Shown: positions 34,866-45,012, counted from the first letter of the stretch. The stretch is 54,400 bases of DNA from Candidatus Levybacteria bacterium RIFCSPHIGHO2_01_FULL_41_15 (GCA_001782165.1 MFNV01000008.1:1-54400); one strand, 5' to 3'. Numbers and translations: made by a program. The notes: generated by a model from the sequence alone, not told the origin.

Positions 34866-36278
34866 ATGTTTAGATTATATAACACTCTGACCCGCAAAAC
34901 AGAGGAGTTTAAGCCCATAAACCCCGATCATGTCGGTATTTACACCTGCGGTCCTACGGTTTACAGGGAAGTTCATATTGGAAATTTCCGAACATATATT
35001 GGAGCCGATATTTTAAGACGGGTTTTAATGTATAACGATTATAGAGTTATTCACATCAAAAACATTACGGATGTCGGGCACATGCGAAGGATAGAGGAGA
35101 CAGATGTGCAGATTGACCCTGTTATCGAAGAGGCTTTAAGAGAGGGTAAGACCCCCAGTCAAATAGCTGAACGCTTTACCAAACTATTCCTTGAAGATGA
35201 GAAAAAGCTGAATATTCTTCCTGCAACCGTCTATCCTAAGGCAACCGACCATATAAAAGAAATGATAGAAATAATCAAGATTTTACTTAAGAAAGGCTAT
35301 GCTTACGATGTTGACGGAACAGTATATTTTGATGTGAAAAAGTTCAAGAATTACGGAAAGCTGTCGGGGAATACTTTAGGTAAAATGGATAATCTTCTCA
35401 AGGCCGTTCGGATTTCTTTGGAAACTGACAAGAAGGATAGTGCGGATTTTGCCCTCTGGAAAAAAGCTGAAAACGACAGGTTTATGAAATGGGATAGTCC
35501 CTTCGGAGAAGGTTTCCCCGGCTGGCATATAGAATGCAGTGCTATGAGTATAAAATACTTGGGTGATACTTTTGATATTCATACAGGAGGAGAAGATCTT
35601 ATTTTTCCTCACAATGAGGATGAAATTGCACAGAGTGAAGGTGCGACCGGCAGGAAATTTGCAAAATATTGGGTGCATGGCGGATATCTTCTGGTAGATA
35701 ATGAAAAAATGTCCCGTTCTAAGGGAAATGTTTATACAATTTCCGATTTTGAAAAAAAGGGCCTTGATCCTTTATCTTTCAGATACCTGACTTTTACTGT
35801 TCATTACAGAGCCCGGATGAATTTTACTTTCAAAGCTTTGGAGGGCGCGCAGACTGCCTTAAATCATCTTCGGGAAATCGCATTGGGTTTTGATAATCCC
35901 AAGATAGGATGCGCAGAATATGAAGAAAGATTTCTTAAGGCTATAAACGATGATCTTGATATGCCAAAAGCTTTGAGTATTGTTTGGGAGCTTGTCAAAT
36001 CAGATTATCCTGATAGTGCAAAGGCCCAAAGTCTTTTTAAATTTGATAAAGTCTTAGGTCTTGAGCTTGAAAGATCAAAAGAACTTTTAAAGAAAAAAGA
36101 AGATCCAATTCCTGATGAAATATTAAAGCTTGTTAAGGAGAGGGAAGAGCTTCGAAGAAAAAAAAGATATCATTTGGCAGACCAGATAAGACACAGAATT
36201 AAAAAACTGGGATATGAAATAGGGGACAAAAAAGACGGAATAACAGAAATTAAGTCAGTGAAATCTCAAAAATCATAA
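34866..36278 (+). CDS. cysS: Cysteinyl-tRNA synthetase
   Basis: CGPTVY..HIGN, DFALWK, PGWHIECS, DIHTGG.DL.FPH, KMSRS. Confidence 0.98.
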   Translation: MFRLYNTLTRKTEEFKPINPDHVGIYTCGPTVYREVHIGNFRTYIGADILRRVLMYNDYRVIHIKNITDVGHMRRIEETDVQIDPVIEEALREGKTPSQIAERFTKLFLEDEKKLNILPATVYPKATDHIKEMIEIIKILLKKGYAYDVDGTVYFDVKKFKNYGKLSGNTLGKMDNLLKAVRISLETDKKDSADFALWKKAENDRFMKWDSPFGEGFPGWHIECSAMSIKYLGDTFDIHTGGEDLIFPHNEDEIAQSEGATGRKFAKYWVHGGYLLVDNEKMSRSKGNVYTISDFEKKGLDPLSFRYLTFTVHYRARMNFTFKALEGAQTALNHLREIALGFDNPKIGCAEYEERFLKAINDDLDMPKALSIVWELVKSDYPDSAKAQSLFKFDKVLGLELERSKELLKKKEDPIPDEILKLVKEREELRRKKRYHLADQIRHRIKKLGYEIGDKKDGITEIKSVKSQKS

Positions 36279-36346
36279 CTTAAGCCAAGCAATAATTCAA
36301 ATCTTTACTTTTCTTCAGCGAAACAAAATTATATAATTATCTTTCT

Positions 36347-37429
36347 ATGATTAAAAATAAACTGTTGTTAATTTTTATTTTAATTGTTGCTTTAGGGGTA
36401 ATTGCTTTTTTTGTAAGGCCCGATAAAACCCAAAAAGATGTGGCGGAAAAAATTACAGATCAGGCAGGAAATCAGATAGAGGGAGGAGGAATTCTTGATA
36501 GCCTTAATCCTCTTTCTATTGAAGAACTGAAAAAAGGAAACTACCCCGGAAGTGAATTTGTGATTGAACAAACTCTTGAACCGGGTTCAAATTACAGTCG
36601 CTACACTGCTTCCTACAAATCAGAAGGGCTTAAAATTTATGGTTTGTTAACAATTCCAAATGGGGAAAAACCTGAAGGTGGGTGGCCTGCTATTGTTTTC
36701 AATCATGGATATATTCCGCCTTCAGAATATAAAACGACAGAAAGGTATGTAGCTTATCTTGACGGTTTTGCAAGAAACGGTTATGTAGTTTTTAAACCCG
36801 ACTACAGAGGTCATGGGGAATCGGAAGGAAGCGCATCGGGTGCTTACGGATCAAATGACTACACGATAGATGTTTTAAACGCAGTCTCATCAGTTAAAAG
36901 ATTAAAAGTTAATAGTCAGCTTGCCCTGAGCGAAGTCGAAGGGTCAATCGTCAATCCTGATACTATCGGCATGTGGGGACATTCACTGGGAGGATTTATA
37001 ACTTTGAGAAGCATGGTTGCCAGTAAAGATATAAAAGCAGGGGTAATTTGGGCAGGAGTAGTCGCATCTTATCCTGATCTTCTATCAAGGTGGAGAAGAA
37101 ATCCGGCCTTTACGCCCCCTGCCGGAGCAAGAAGGTGGAGGGATGTTTTAATAGAAAAATTCGGCGATCCGGTTACCAATCCAACTTTTTGGAATTCAAT
37201 TTCTGCAAACTCATATTTGAAGGATATTTCAGGCCCACTACAGCTTCATCATGGGACAGCTGATTCTTCGGTCCCGATCGAATTTTCAGAGAAACTTGCT
37301 GGGCAAATGAGGCAGGCAGGGAAAGAGGTAGAATTTTATTCTTATCCGGGCGATAACCATAATCTTTCCCAAAACTTTAATACGGCAATGCAAAGATCAA
37401 TAGATTTTTTCAACCGCTATTTGAAATAA
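36347..37429 (+). CDS. Exported alpha/beta-hydrolase (S9 peptidase-like)
   Basis: N-terminal TM helix, NHGYIPP, DYRGHG, GHSLGG nucleophile elbow, HHGTAD..V, DNH. Confidence 0.88.
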   Translation: MIKNKLLLIFILIVALGVIAFFVRPDKTQKDVAEKITDQAGNQIEGGGILDSLNPLSIEELKKGNYPGSEFVIEQTLEPGSNYSRYTASYKSEGLKIYGLLTIPNGEKPEGGWPAIVFNHGYIPPSEYKTTERYVAYLDGFARNGYVVFKPDYRGHGESEGSASGAYGSNDYTIDVLNAVSSVKRLKVNSQLALSEVEGSIVNPDTIGMWGHSLGGFITLRSMVASKDIKAGVIWAGVVASYPDLLSRWRRNPAFTPPAGARRWRDVLIEKFGDPVTNPTFWNSISANSYLKDISGPLQLHHGTADSSVPIEFSEKLAGQMRQAGKEVEFYSYPGDNHNLSQNFNTAMQRSIDFFNRYLK

Positions 37430-37431
37430 AT

Positions 37432-38949
37432 TTAGTAACCCGGAAAATAGTCAGTTAAGATTTGCTTTGCGGGCAAACCCATGTTCAGTAAGAGTTTTCT
37501 ATAGGAATCCACCATTGCAACCGGTCCTGAAAGATAGAATAAACGCTTTTTATAATCGGGTAATTCTTCGGCAATCATCCCTTCGTTTATGTATCCAATT
37601 TTTCCCTCCCAGTTTTCGGGAATGTTTTCTTTATTTGTAAGAACATAAATTACTTTTATTCCAAGAATTTTCTTCCCTTTTTCAAAAACCTCCCGAAAGG
37701 CTATATCCTCTGTATTTCTATTTACATAAAAAAGGGTAATATCTCGTTTTTCTCTTTTGTCCTGAAGATATTTAATTATACTTCGGAAAGGTGTTATGCC
37801 TATTCCTCCTGCAATAAATGAAAGTTTAATATTCGGATTCTGGGGAAGTACAAAATCTCCCGAAAGATTTCCTGCGGTTATATATTCTCCCCTTTCCATT
37901 GAAATTAATCTTTTTTTGAAACTGCTGGATGGGTCACTGAATTTTATGCCTAGACGAATTTCTTTTTCCGTGGGTGAAGAGGTAATGGTGAAAAACCTCC
38001 TGTTTCCTCTTAAATCCGCATTTTTATGAGGTAGCGTCCATTCCATATATTGTCCAGGTTTAAATTGTCTGGGTCTTTGGGAATTTAAAACAAACTCGAA
38101 AGTTTCCTTGGCGATTTTATTTTTTTCCTTAAGTTTTAGAATTAGCTTGTATTTCGGACTTACTATAAAAGAAAATATATTTCCTATAAGAAGTGCATAT
38201 TCGGGGACAGAATAAATCGGGCCAATCTGAAACGGCCATCCGGAGAATAATCCAATAATTGCAGCATAAGCTAGTCTCAATAGCTTGGTAGGTGGAGTTG
38301 TAAGGGGCTCTGTAAGCATTACGGTTGCGAAAAACGCAATATAAAAAGATGCGGATATGCTGGATAGAGCAGAGGATATGCTTGAACCGTTTAATAGACC
38401 GAAAAATAATATGCTCGCAAAATTTGTAATGACAAATGAGAAAAACAAATCATATCTCTTTATTTTCTGAAGTATCAAGAATCCTACGAGTACAACTGCG
38501 GGAAACAAATGGATATCTCCAATCCACCAAATAGCACCCCCAATGCCCAGAAGTAAAACTGATGCCGCGCCGAATGCCGCAGGGTTGAAGATATGTTTTT
38601 TTCGAAAAGCTAACACATATTTAGATGCCATAGCAAATATTCCGGCAAGGGCAAGGATTAAGGTTTGAGATGAAAAAACAGGAGAGGGAGACATTATTAA
38701 GAATAAAATTAGGGCTGTTATTGCCCACGATTCAATATTCGTTGAGGCCTTGAATATTTTTGCAAAAAGGATGTTTGATGAAAGACAAATTAAAAAAAGC
38801 AAGATAAGACTGTAGGATAGATCCAAAGCGGAAAATGGCAAAATTCCTAAAAATCCAAATATGATGGCAAGACCGCTTATGGCAGTAAGCCCGAATAAAA
38901 CGAGCTTATACATTGTTATTTTATTCAGAAAAGAATCTATAAAATTCAT
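37432..38949 (-). CDS. Fusion of an RnfD/NqrB-like membrane domain with a C-terminal FNR-type FAD/NAD(P)H-binding domain
   Basis: Multi-TM with KHIFNPAA and MLTEPLT.P; then RFFTITSS, AGGIGITPF, YLSGP, DYFPGY. Confidence 0.8.
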   Translation of the reverse strand: MNFIDSFLNKITMYKLVLFGLTAISGLAIIFGFLGILPFSALDLSYSLILLFLICLSSNILFAKIFKASTNIESWAITALILFLIMSPSPVFSSQTLILALAGIFAMASKYVLAFRKKHIFNPAAFGAASVLLLGIGGAIWWIGDIHLFPAVVLVGFLILQKIKRYDLFFSFVITNFASILFFGLLNGSSISSALSSISASFYIAFFATVMLTEPLTTPPTKLLRLAYAAIIGLFSGWPFQIGPIYSVPEYALLIGNIFSFIVSPKYKLILKLKEKNKIAKETFEFVLNSQRPRQFKPGQYMEWTLPHKNADLRGNRRFFTITSSPTEKEIRLGIKFSDPSSSFKKRLISMERGEYITAGNLSGDFVLPQNPNIKLSFIAGGIGITPFRSIIKYLQDKREKRDITLFYVNRNTEDIAFREVFEKGKKILGIKVIYVLTNKENIPENWEGKIGYINEGMIAEELPDYKKRLFYLSGPVAMVDSYRKLLLNMGLPAKQILTDYFPGY

Positions 38950-39285
38950 ATCTTTATGATATATAATTTTAATGAAAATGGGAAATCTGATCCATTACGA
39001 AAAATTCTCCCTTCCTTGCCAAAGAAAAAAGCCCTAGGATCTAATAGATCAACAAATATGCACGGATGCGCTAAGATGACGCGTGTCATCGTATTTGTCA
39101 AATCGTTTGATCGGTCGGGCTCTCTTATAGGATTTTCTATCTTGGACAAACTACCTTATATAAAGGACTTAACTACCATACACTGTAGCGTGGTAGTTGT
39201 TTCCCTAATGTTTCCATCGCATAAAAAAGAAGGACAGTTCAGTAACAATTTAATAATTTAACAATGAAACAATGAACAATTCTTC

Positions 39286-39332
39286 TTGACAAAGAGAGCG
39301 GCATGATGTTATCCTATCCCCATGGGGAGGAT
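39286..39332 (+). promoter_or_regulatory. sigma70 promoter overlapped by a CsoR-type operator
   Basis: TTGACA 39286-39291; TG-n-TATCCT 39310-39315; perfect palindrome TCCCCATGGGGA 39317-39328 with C/G tracts typical of CsoR operators. Confidence 0.72.
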
Positions 39333-39336
39333 TAGG

Positions 39337-39615
39337 ATGAAATCAAAGAAATCCGCTAGAACTTCGGAAAAAAGAGTTCTTCACAGAATAAAAATTGCAA
39401 GAGGACATCTTAATACAGTTCTTAAGATGGCAGAAGAGGGAAGATATTGCATAGATGTTATTAATCAATCCCGGGCTGTACAGAATGCGCTTAAAGAGGC
39501 AGACTATCTTATCTTAAAGAATCATCTTGAGACCTGCGTTGTAGATTTTATCAAGCAGGGAAAAACCAAAACATCAGTTGAAGAGGTAATGAAGGTTTTT
39601 AAGAACAATAGATAA
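39337..39615 (+). CDS. csoR: CsoR/RcnR-family metal-sensing repressor
   Basis: RIKIARGHL, YCIDVINQ..AV, NHLETCV (Cys-His-Cys). SD GGAGG precedes ATG 39337. Confidence 0.88.
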   Translation: MKSKKSARTSEKRVLHRIKIARGHLNTVLKMAEEGRYCIDVINQSRAVQNALKEADYLILKNHLETCVVDFIKQGKTKTSVEEVMKVFKNNR

Positions 39616-40109
39616 TGGGCGATAAAAAGATAGTTGTATTTATTATTTTTCTTACGGCAGTGATCTTGTTCGGAGGGGTATTTGTCCTCTCAGATTCTAC
39701 CAATACTTCTCAGGTTACATCTTCGACGAATGCCAAAGCGCAAATTCCGCAGAAAGAACATAACTTTGGAAATATTCCGTACTCGGGCGGAAATGTTGAA
39801 AAAGCATTTATTATCAAAAATGTCGGCTCAGATACTTTAAAACTTTCAAATGTCAGAACATCCTGCCATTGCACCAAAGCAAGAATATCTGTTGACGGGG
39901 AAGAAAGTCCGAGCTTCGGCATGGACGGAATTTCCTCATGGGTGGGCGAGGTTGGCAAAAGCAGGCAAGCAAAACTTATAGTTACTTTTGATCCTGCCTT
40001 TCATGGTCCGCAAGGTATCGGTCCTGTTAACAGATTTGTTTCGGTTGATACCAATGATAAGAATAATTCCCAATTAACCTTCACAGTCCTAGGTACCATA
40101 GTTAAGTAG
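39615..40109 (+). CDS. Membrane-anchored Ig-like DUF1573-type protein
   Basis: HNFGNI, FIIKNVG...L.LSNVRTSCHCT, VTFDP. Confidence 0.75.
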   Translation: MGDKKIVVFIIFLTAVILFGGVFVLSDSTNTSQVTSSTNAKAQIPQKEHNFGNIPYSGGNVEKAFIIKNVGSDTLKLSNVRTSCHCTKARISVDGEESPSFGMDGISSWVGEVGKSRQAKLIVTFDPAFHGPQGIGPVNRFVSVDTNDKNNSQLTFTVLGTIVK

Positions 40110-41063
40110 ATGACGCAAAAAATTTTTGTCAGGAATTTAAAAAGAATATTAAATAAGACTGTTCCCCTCTGGGTCATTCTCGTTCTTATTTTTTATTCTT
40201 CAGCGGGAGTCGGGCTGATCGAGTACTACATTATGAAAAGAAATATAAATACCCTTTCGCTTGAACTTGCGAAGAGAACAAGAAGTCCTGAAGAACTTGT
40301 CCAGATTCTCAAACAGGAAGTCCTTCCGCAAAAAGGGTATATGCTCGGAGCCGTTTGGGGAGACGTCGGAAAAAAACTTATTGAATCCGGAGCAATCGAT
40401 AAAAAAAAGTATGAAGATTTATTTTCCTCCGAACCCCAAACCAAGGACTATATGAAATATCTGAAAAACTCCTCCAAGGATCACATGGTTATAAATGAGA
40501 AGAATTCTCATTTCATGGTCAATACCCTTTGGGCGCTTGGACTTGTTAACAAAAGCAAAATACTTGATGAAGGATCTATGAAAAAATACGCAAATGGAAA
40601 TGTCATGAATTTTGCTTCAACCGGAGGATGGAGCTTAGGTTCAAAACCAACAGATAAGCTTTACTCATCGAGTAAGCTTATTAAACTAACGCCCGAACAG
40701 GAAGAAATTGTGAAAAAGATAGCCTCAAATATTTATCGTCCGTGCTGTAACAATAATACAGAATTTCCTGACTGCAACCACGGCATGGCAGCCCTAGGAT
40801 ATATCCAGCTTGCGGTAAGCCAGGGACTCTCGGAGAGGAAGATTTATAAAGATATTTTATCTCTTAATTCGTTCTGGTTCCCTCAAAATTATGTTGATAT
40901 TGCGGCTTTTTTTGACAAAAAGGGGACTTCGTTGGGAAGTGTTGATCCGAAGACAATATTGTCTTTTGAGTACTCATCAGCCCAAGGCGCTCAGAAAATT
41001 AAGCAATCTATTCAAAGCATGCCGGGATTTTCCACTCAAGGGGCAGGAGGATGCGGAACATAA
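40110..41063 (+). CDS. Exported Cys/His-motif protein of unknown family
   Basis: N-terminal TM helix; YRPCCN.....PDCNHG and C-terminal GGCG. Confidence 0.75.
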   Translation: MTQKIFVRNLKRILNKTVPLWVILVLIFYSSAGVGLIEYYIMKRNINTLSLELAKRTRSPEELVQILKQEVLPQKGYMLGAVWGDVGKKLIESGAIDKKKYEDLFSSEPQTKDYMKYLKNSSKDHMVINEKNSHFMVNTLWALGLVNKSKILDEGSMKKYANGNVMNFASTGGWSLGSKPTDKLYSSSKLIKLTPEQEEIVKKIASNIYRPCCNNNTEFPDCNHGMAALGYIQLAVSQGLSERKIYKDILSLNSFWFPQNYVDIAAFFDKKGTSLGSVDPKTILSFEYSSAQGAQKIKQSIQSMPGFSTQGAGGCGT

Positions 41064-41076
41064 AGAAAGATACTAA

Positions 41077-41910
41077 ATGGACCAACTTTTATTTCAGACA
41101 TCACTTATAGCCGCCTTTGCCGGAGGTGTGGTTGCACTTTTTGCTCCATGCTGTATCTCATTTCTTCTCCCAGCTTATCTTGGGAATGTATTTAAAGAAA
41201 AAGAGAAAGTGGTTCTTATGACTTTGGTCTTCGGCCTTGGTATTTTTGCGGTAATGATGCCTGCTGTTCTTGGTGTTGCAGCACTCTCAAAGCTTTTATT
41301 TGTTTACCATGACAGCATTTACTATCTGGGGGGAGTTGTCATGCTTTTGATGGGGGTTATAACATTTTTGGGGCTGAAGCTTCCAATGCCAAATCTCACC
41401 GGAAGAGAAACAGGTAAGACAGATGTGGCTTCGATATTTATTCTTGGAATATTCTCAGGAATTACAAGCGCCTGCTGTGCGCCTGTTCTCATCGGAATAT
41501 TGACGCTTACCTTTCTTTCGCCAAACTTTTTCGGAGGGCTTCTAATCGGCGCAATGTATGTCTTGGGAATGGTAATACCTCTTCTTTTTATTTCAGTGTT
41601 TCTATCGGGGAAAATGACAAAACTTATGATCTTAAGGAAACCTGTAACTCGATTTAGCCTTTTGGGTAAGGAAAAAACTATAATTTTGAGTAATTTACTT
41701 GCCGGCATTATATTTTTCCTGACAGGAATTATGATTCTTTATCTTAATTCAACGGGAAGGCTTGGGATGGAAGAGACAAGAGGTTTTACAAAAATAATCA
41801 CTGACGCAAGTGGGTATGTAAACCAATTTGTCGGAGGAAATGTTCTTCTAAATATTCTTTTTTTCGCTGTTATCATTTTCCTAATCTACAAAATTACCAA
41901 GAAAATGTAG
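41077..41910 (+). CDS. CcdA/DsbD-type transmembrane thiol-disulfide protein
   Basis: ALFAPCCISFLLP and GITSACCAPVL membrane Cys motifs. Confidence 0.88.
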   Translation: MDQLLFQTSLIAAFAGGVVALFAPCCISFLLPAYLGNVFKEKEKVVLMTLVFGLGIFAVMMPAVLGVAALSKLLFVYHDSIYYLGGVVMLLMGVITFLGLKLPMPNLTGRETGKTDVASIFILGIFSGITSACCAPVLIGILTLTFLSPNFFGGLLIGAMYVLGMVIPLLFISVFLSGKMTKLMILRKPVTRFSLLGKEKTIILSNLLAGIIFFLTGIMILYLNSTGRLGMEETRGFTKIITDASGYVNQFVGGNVLLNILFFAVIIFLIYKITKKM

Positions 41911-41948
41911 TGGTAGAGTTTAAGAAGATATAAGGGAGGTGAAAAAAT

Positions 41949-42221
41949 ATGTTAAAACCCGTAGCCTTTGCCCACGCCGTAACAATAGTTACAGCAGTAT
42001 TTTATCTACTCTGCGCACTGTTAGTTTATTCTGCCCCTGATTTAATTTTTGGTATCACCCAGTCGTGGTTTCACGGCCTTAATATTGAGGCGGCAAGAAC
42101 AGCATTTCCTCTTTCGATAGAAAGAATCTTATGGGGACTTATAACAATCTCTGTGGTAACATGGGTAACTACCTATGCGACTATTGTTTTGTATAATCGA
42201 TTAGCAAAACAGAAGGGATAA
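41949..42221 (+). CDS. Small two-TM membrane protein (DUF5676-like)
   Basis: SD GGGAGGTG; CALLV...P......SWFHG pattern; two hydrophobic helices. Confidence 0.65.
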   Translation: MLKPVAFAHAVTIVTAVFYLLCALLVYSAPDLIFGITQSWFHGLNIEAARTAFPLSIERILWGLITISVVTWVTTYATIVLYNRLAKQKG

Positions 42222-42231
42222 ATTTGAGAAA

Positions 42232-42858
42232 GTGAACAGGGAATACACGCATGCGCTTACTCTTTACTTCTTAACGCCCCTTTATGACTGCGTCCTTAAA
42301 ATACTAGGACTAGGAGACGCTTTTTATGAACAAATAATAAGCCACATAGAACCTAAAGATGGCGATAAAATTCTTGATGTCGGTACCGGGACAGGGAATC
42401 TGGCAATAGCAATTAAGAGAAAATATCCCAAGACAGAAGTTACTGGCGTAGATCCGGATCCTAAGATCTTAAAAATAGCAAGAAAAAAGATTAAGAAAAG
42501 TAAAATCGGCATTAAAATTTTTAAAGCGGCCGCCCAGAGTCTTTCGTTTGAAGATGAAAGTTTTGATTTTGTAGTCTCAAGTCTTGTAGTGCACCATATT
42601 CCGAGACAAGTTAAGAAAAAAGCATTTTTAAAGATGAGAAGAGTTCTTAAAGAAAATGGTACAATTCTTATTGTTGACTTCGGAATTCCCAAAAACATTT
42701 TCCTGTATATTTTAGTCTTTATCCTTTCGCTTTTTGAAGACGTAAGGCCGAACATGAGAGGATTTATTCCCCACATTCTAAAAGAAACCGGGTTTAGAAA
42801 TATTAAAGAGGTAGAAAACAAGTTCGGTATAATTTCTTTTTATAAAGGAAAAAAATAA
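42232..42858 (+). CDS. Class I SAM-dependent methyltransferase (UbiE-like)
   Basis: ILDVGTGTG, GVDPD, LSFEDESFDFVVSS..VHH, RVLKENG. Confidence 0.9.
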   Translation: MNREYTHALTLYFLTPLYDCVLKILGLGDAFYEQIISHIEPKDGDKILDVGTGTGNLAIAIKRKYPKTEVTGVDPDPKILKIARKKIKKSKIGIKIFKAAAQSLSFEDESFDFVVSSLVVHHIPRQVKKKAFLKMRRVLKENGTILIVDFGIPKNIFLYILVFILSLFEDVRPNMRGFIPHILKETGFRNIKEVENKFGIISFYKGKK

Positions 42859-42918
42859 AAGCGCTTAAATTCGTCCACCCCGCCTACCTTAGGGGTGGGA
42901 TCTGCTATAATTTCTTCT

Positions 42919-43812
42919 ATGAGTTTGTCCATCGGGATTGTGGGGCTTCCAAATTCCGGGAAATCGACATTATTTAATGCGCTTCTTAAAAGGCAGATCG
43001 CCCAAGTGGGGGAGTATCCATATACCACGATTGAGCCGAATGTGGGAGTGGTCGAGGTGCCGGATGAAAGACTTGACAAGATTTCGGAAATTTCAGGAAT
43101 CACAAAAAAAGTTCCGGCAGGAATTAAATTTATTGATATTGCTGGTCTTATTAAAAACGCTCACAAAGGAGAGGGGCTTGGAAATAAGTTTCTGGGGCAC
43201 ATTCGGGAAGTTGACGCGATTGTTCATATTGTACGCGCTTTTGATTCTTCGGCTAGCTCAGGACAAGCAATCCCACATGTAATGAGTAATATTGATCCGG
43301 TCCGTGATATCGAAGTTGTCAATCTTGAATTAGAGCTTGCTGGAATTAAGAAACCGGCAATCTATGTTTTAAATGTCTCTGAAAGTGATTTGAAAAGAGA
43401 TTTTAATCTCCCCTTTGAGTATATTAAGATCAGTGCAAAACTTGAGGCGGAATTATCAGATCTTTCGGAAAAAGAGCAAAAGGAATATCTAAAAGAACTT
43501 GGTGTTAGCGAGTCAGCCCTTGATCAAATCATTCTTGTATCCTACAAACTTTTAGATCTTATTACTTTATTTACAATCGCTGGTGGTCGGCAGATCCAAG
43601 CCTGGCCTATTAAAAAAGGAACAAAGGCAACTGGGGCGGCAGAAATGGTTCATACCGATTTTGAAAAAAAATTTATAAAAGCAGAAGTCGTCTCTTTTGA
43701 AGATTTTGTTTCGAATAATGGTTGGAAGGGGAGCAGGGAAAAAGGAAAAACGCGAATCGAAGGCCGAGAATACATCGTAAAAGACGGGGATATTATGGAG
43801 TTTAAAATTTAA
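42919..43812 (+). CDS. ychF: YchF/Obg-family ATPase, shortened
   Basis: GIVGLPNSGKST, YPYTTIEPN, DIAGL, G.GLGNKFL.HIRE, TGS tail GREYIVKDGD. Likely start ATG 42919. Confidence 0.93.
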   Translation: MSLSIGIVGLPNSGKSTLFNALLKRQIAQVGEYPYTTIEPNVGVVEVPDERLDKISEISGITKKVPAGIKFIDIAGLIKNAHKGEGLGNKFLGHIREVDAIVHIVRAFDSSASSGQAIPHVMSNIDPVRDIEVVNLELELAGIKKPAIYVLNVSESDLKRDFNLPFEYIKISAKLEAELSDLSEKEQKEYLKELGVSESALDQIILVSYKLLDLITLFTIAGGRQIQAWPIKKGTKATGAAEMVHTDFEKKFIKAEVVSFEDFVSNNGWKGSREKGKTRIEGREYIVKDGDIMEFKI

Positions 43813-44357
43813 GGGGATATGAGGGTATAGTCGGAAACGAGGATGATTCTTTCGATCTCATTCTGCGAGTTTAGTTTAAAACCTGTGACATATTTATCAG
43901 AGGAAATTCCGACAATCATGTCCTGCGAAAAATTCTGTGGGTTGTTTTGAATAAGTTTTGCACGGACAGAACTGCCTTCCGAAAAATCCCAGGATCCTTT
44001 GCTTCCCTCAAGATATGACATTTGTGCCGTTGCTTTTGTTTTGGTGACAGTTCCGCAGCATTCAGTTGCGTACAAGATTAAGACAACGTCATCTGTCATA
44101 TAACCTTCCAAAGCTTGATAGTTTTTGCTATTTATAGAGGCTTTTATATTTTCCGAAACCCTGTCCTTGCTATTTCTGGGAGTTGGAATTGGGGAAGTTT
44201 TTTCCTGGGAGGCTGTGGGCGCTTGGTTTTGATACTCCGCAGGCGCGGGCGTCGGCTCGATAGATGCTTTATTCTGGTTTTTTCCAAAATAATAAGCTCC
44301 TGTTAAAAGCCCGATCAAAAAGATAGCAACGCCCAGACCCAAGATGAAGTTTTTCAC
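43809..44357 (-). CDS. Exported hypothetical protein with P/T linker
   Basis: N-terminal TM helix, PTP linker, CC motif. Confidence 0.7.
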   Translation of the reverse strand: MKNFILGLGVAIFLIGLLTGAYYFGKNQNKASIEPTPAPAEYQNQAPTASQEKTSPIPTPRNSKDRVSENIKASINSKNYQALEGYMTDDVVLILYATECCGTVTKTKATAQMSYLEGSKGSWDFSEGSSVRAKLIQNNPQNFSQDMIVGISSDKYVTGFKLNSQNEIERIILVSDYTLISP

Positions 44358-44521
44358 AGCTTACTTATACCATAAATTAAGATGAAAAACAAAACCACCG
44401 AGGTGGCAAAGCTGTTTCACCACATCAAACGTGGTTTCACCTGGAAGGTGCACGACTTGCCCTACTTAGATTTTTGCTCTACCCCTTGCTTTTTGATTTT
44501 TTAATATGGTAGGATTGGGAA

Positions 44522-44935
44522 ATGCGAGCGTACGAATTAATATTAGTCTTAAGATCGTCTTTAAAAGATGATGAAAGGAAAAAACTTCTTGGGACGGTTA
44601 AGGATCTTTTGGGGAAACCTGAAATAACCCGTGAGGATGAGTGGGGACAAAAGCCTCTATCTTACCCTATTAAAAGACAGATCGCAGGTTTTTATGTTGA
44701 CATAGATTTTGAAACAGAAACAGAAATCCCAAATGATTTTGAAAAAAAACTTCTGGCAAATGATAATGTCTTAAGACACCTGCTACTACGAAATAAAAAA
44801 TTAAAAATAAAAAATAAAAAAGAGGGCACAAAACAGAGTTTAAAAGTTAAAGAGAAAGAAGAAAAAGAGTTTGCCAAACCCAAAAGATCTATAAAAAAGG
44901 CAAAGAAAGCTACAAAAAAGACTAGAAAGAAATAG
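44522..44935 (+). CDS. rpsF: 30S ribosomal protein S6
   Basis: YELILVL, WGQKPLSYPIK, VLRHLL. Confidence 0.95.
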   Translation: MRAYELILVLRSSLKDDERKKLLGTVKDLLGKPEITREDEWGQKPLSYPIKRQIAGFYVDIDFETETEIPNDFEKKLLANDNVLRHLLLRNKKLKIKNKKEGTKQSLKVKEKEEKEFAKPKRSIKKAKKATKKTRKK

Positions 44936-45012
44936 TTTACAAATTGTTAAAATTGTTATATTGTTGAATTGTTAAACTAGCTACTAGCAATTAGTAACTA
45001 GCCACTAGTTTT

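Noticed and set aside
38946-39261. Overlapping ORFs 38946-39149 (-) and 38956-39261 (+), and the hairpin GATGAC/GTCATC near 39076-39091
   Set aside because: No recognisable motifs, an in-frame stop just upstream of the minus ORF, and mutual overlap. No ApbE-like remnant could be supported.
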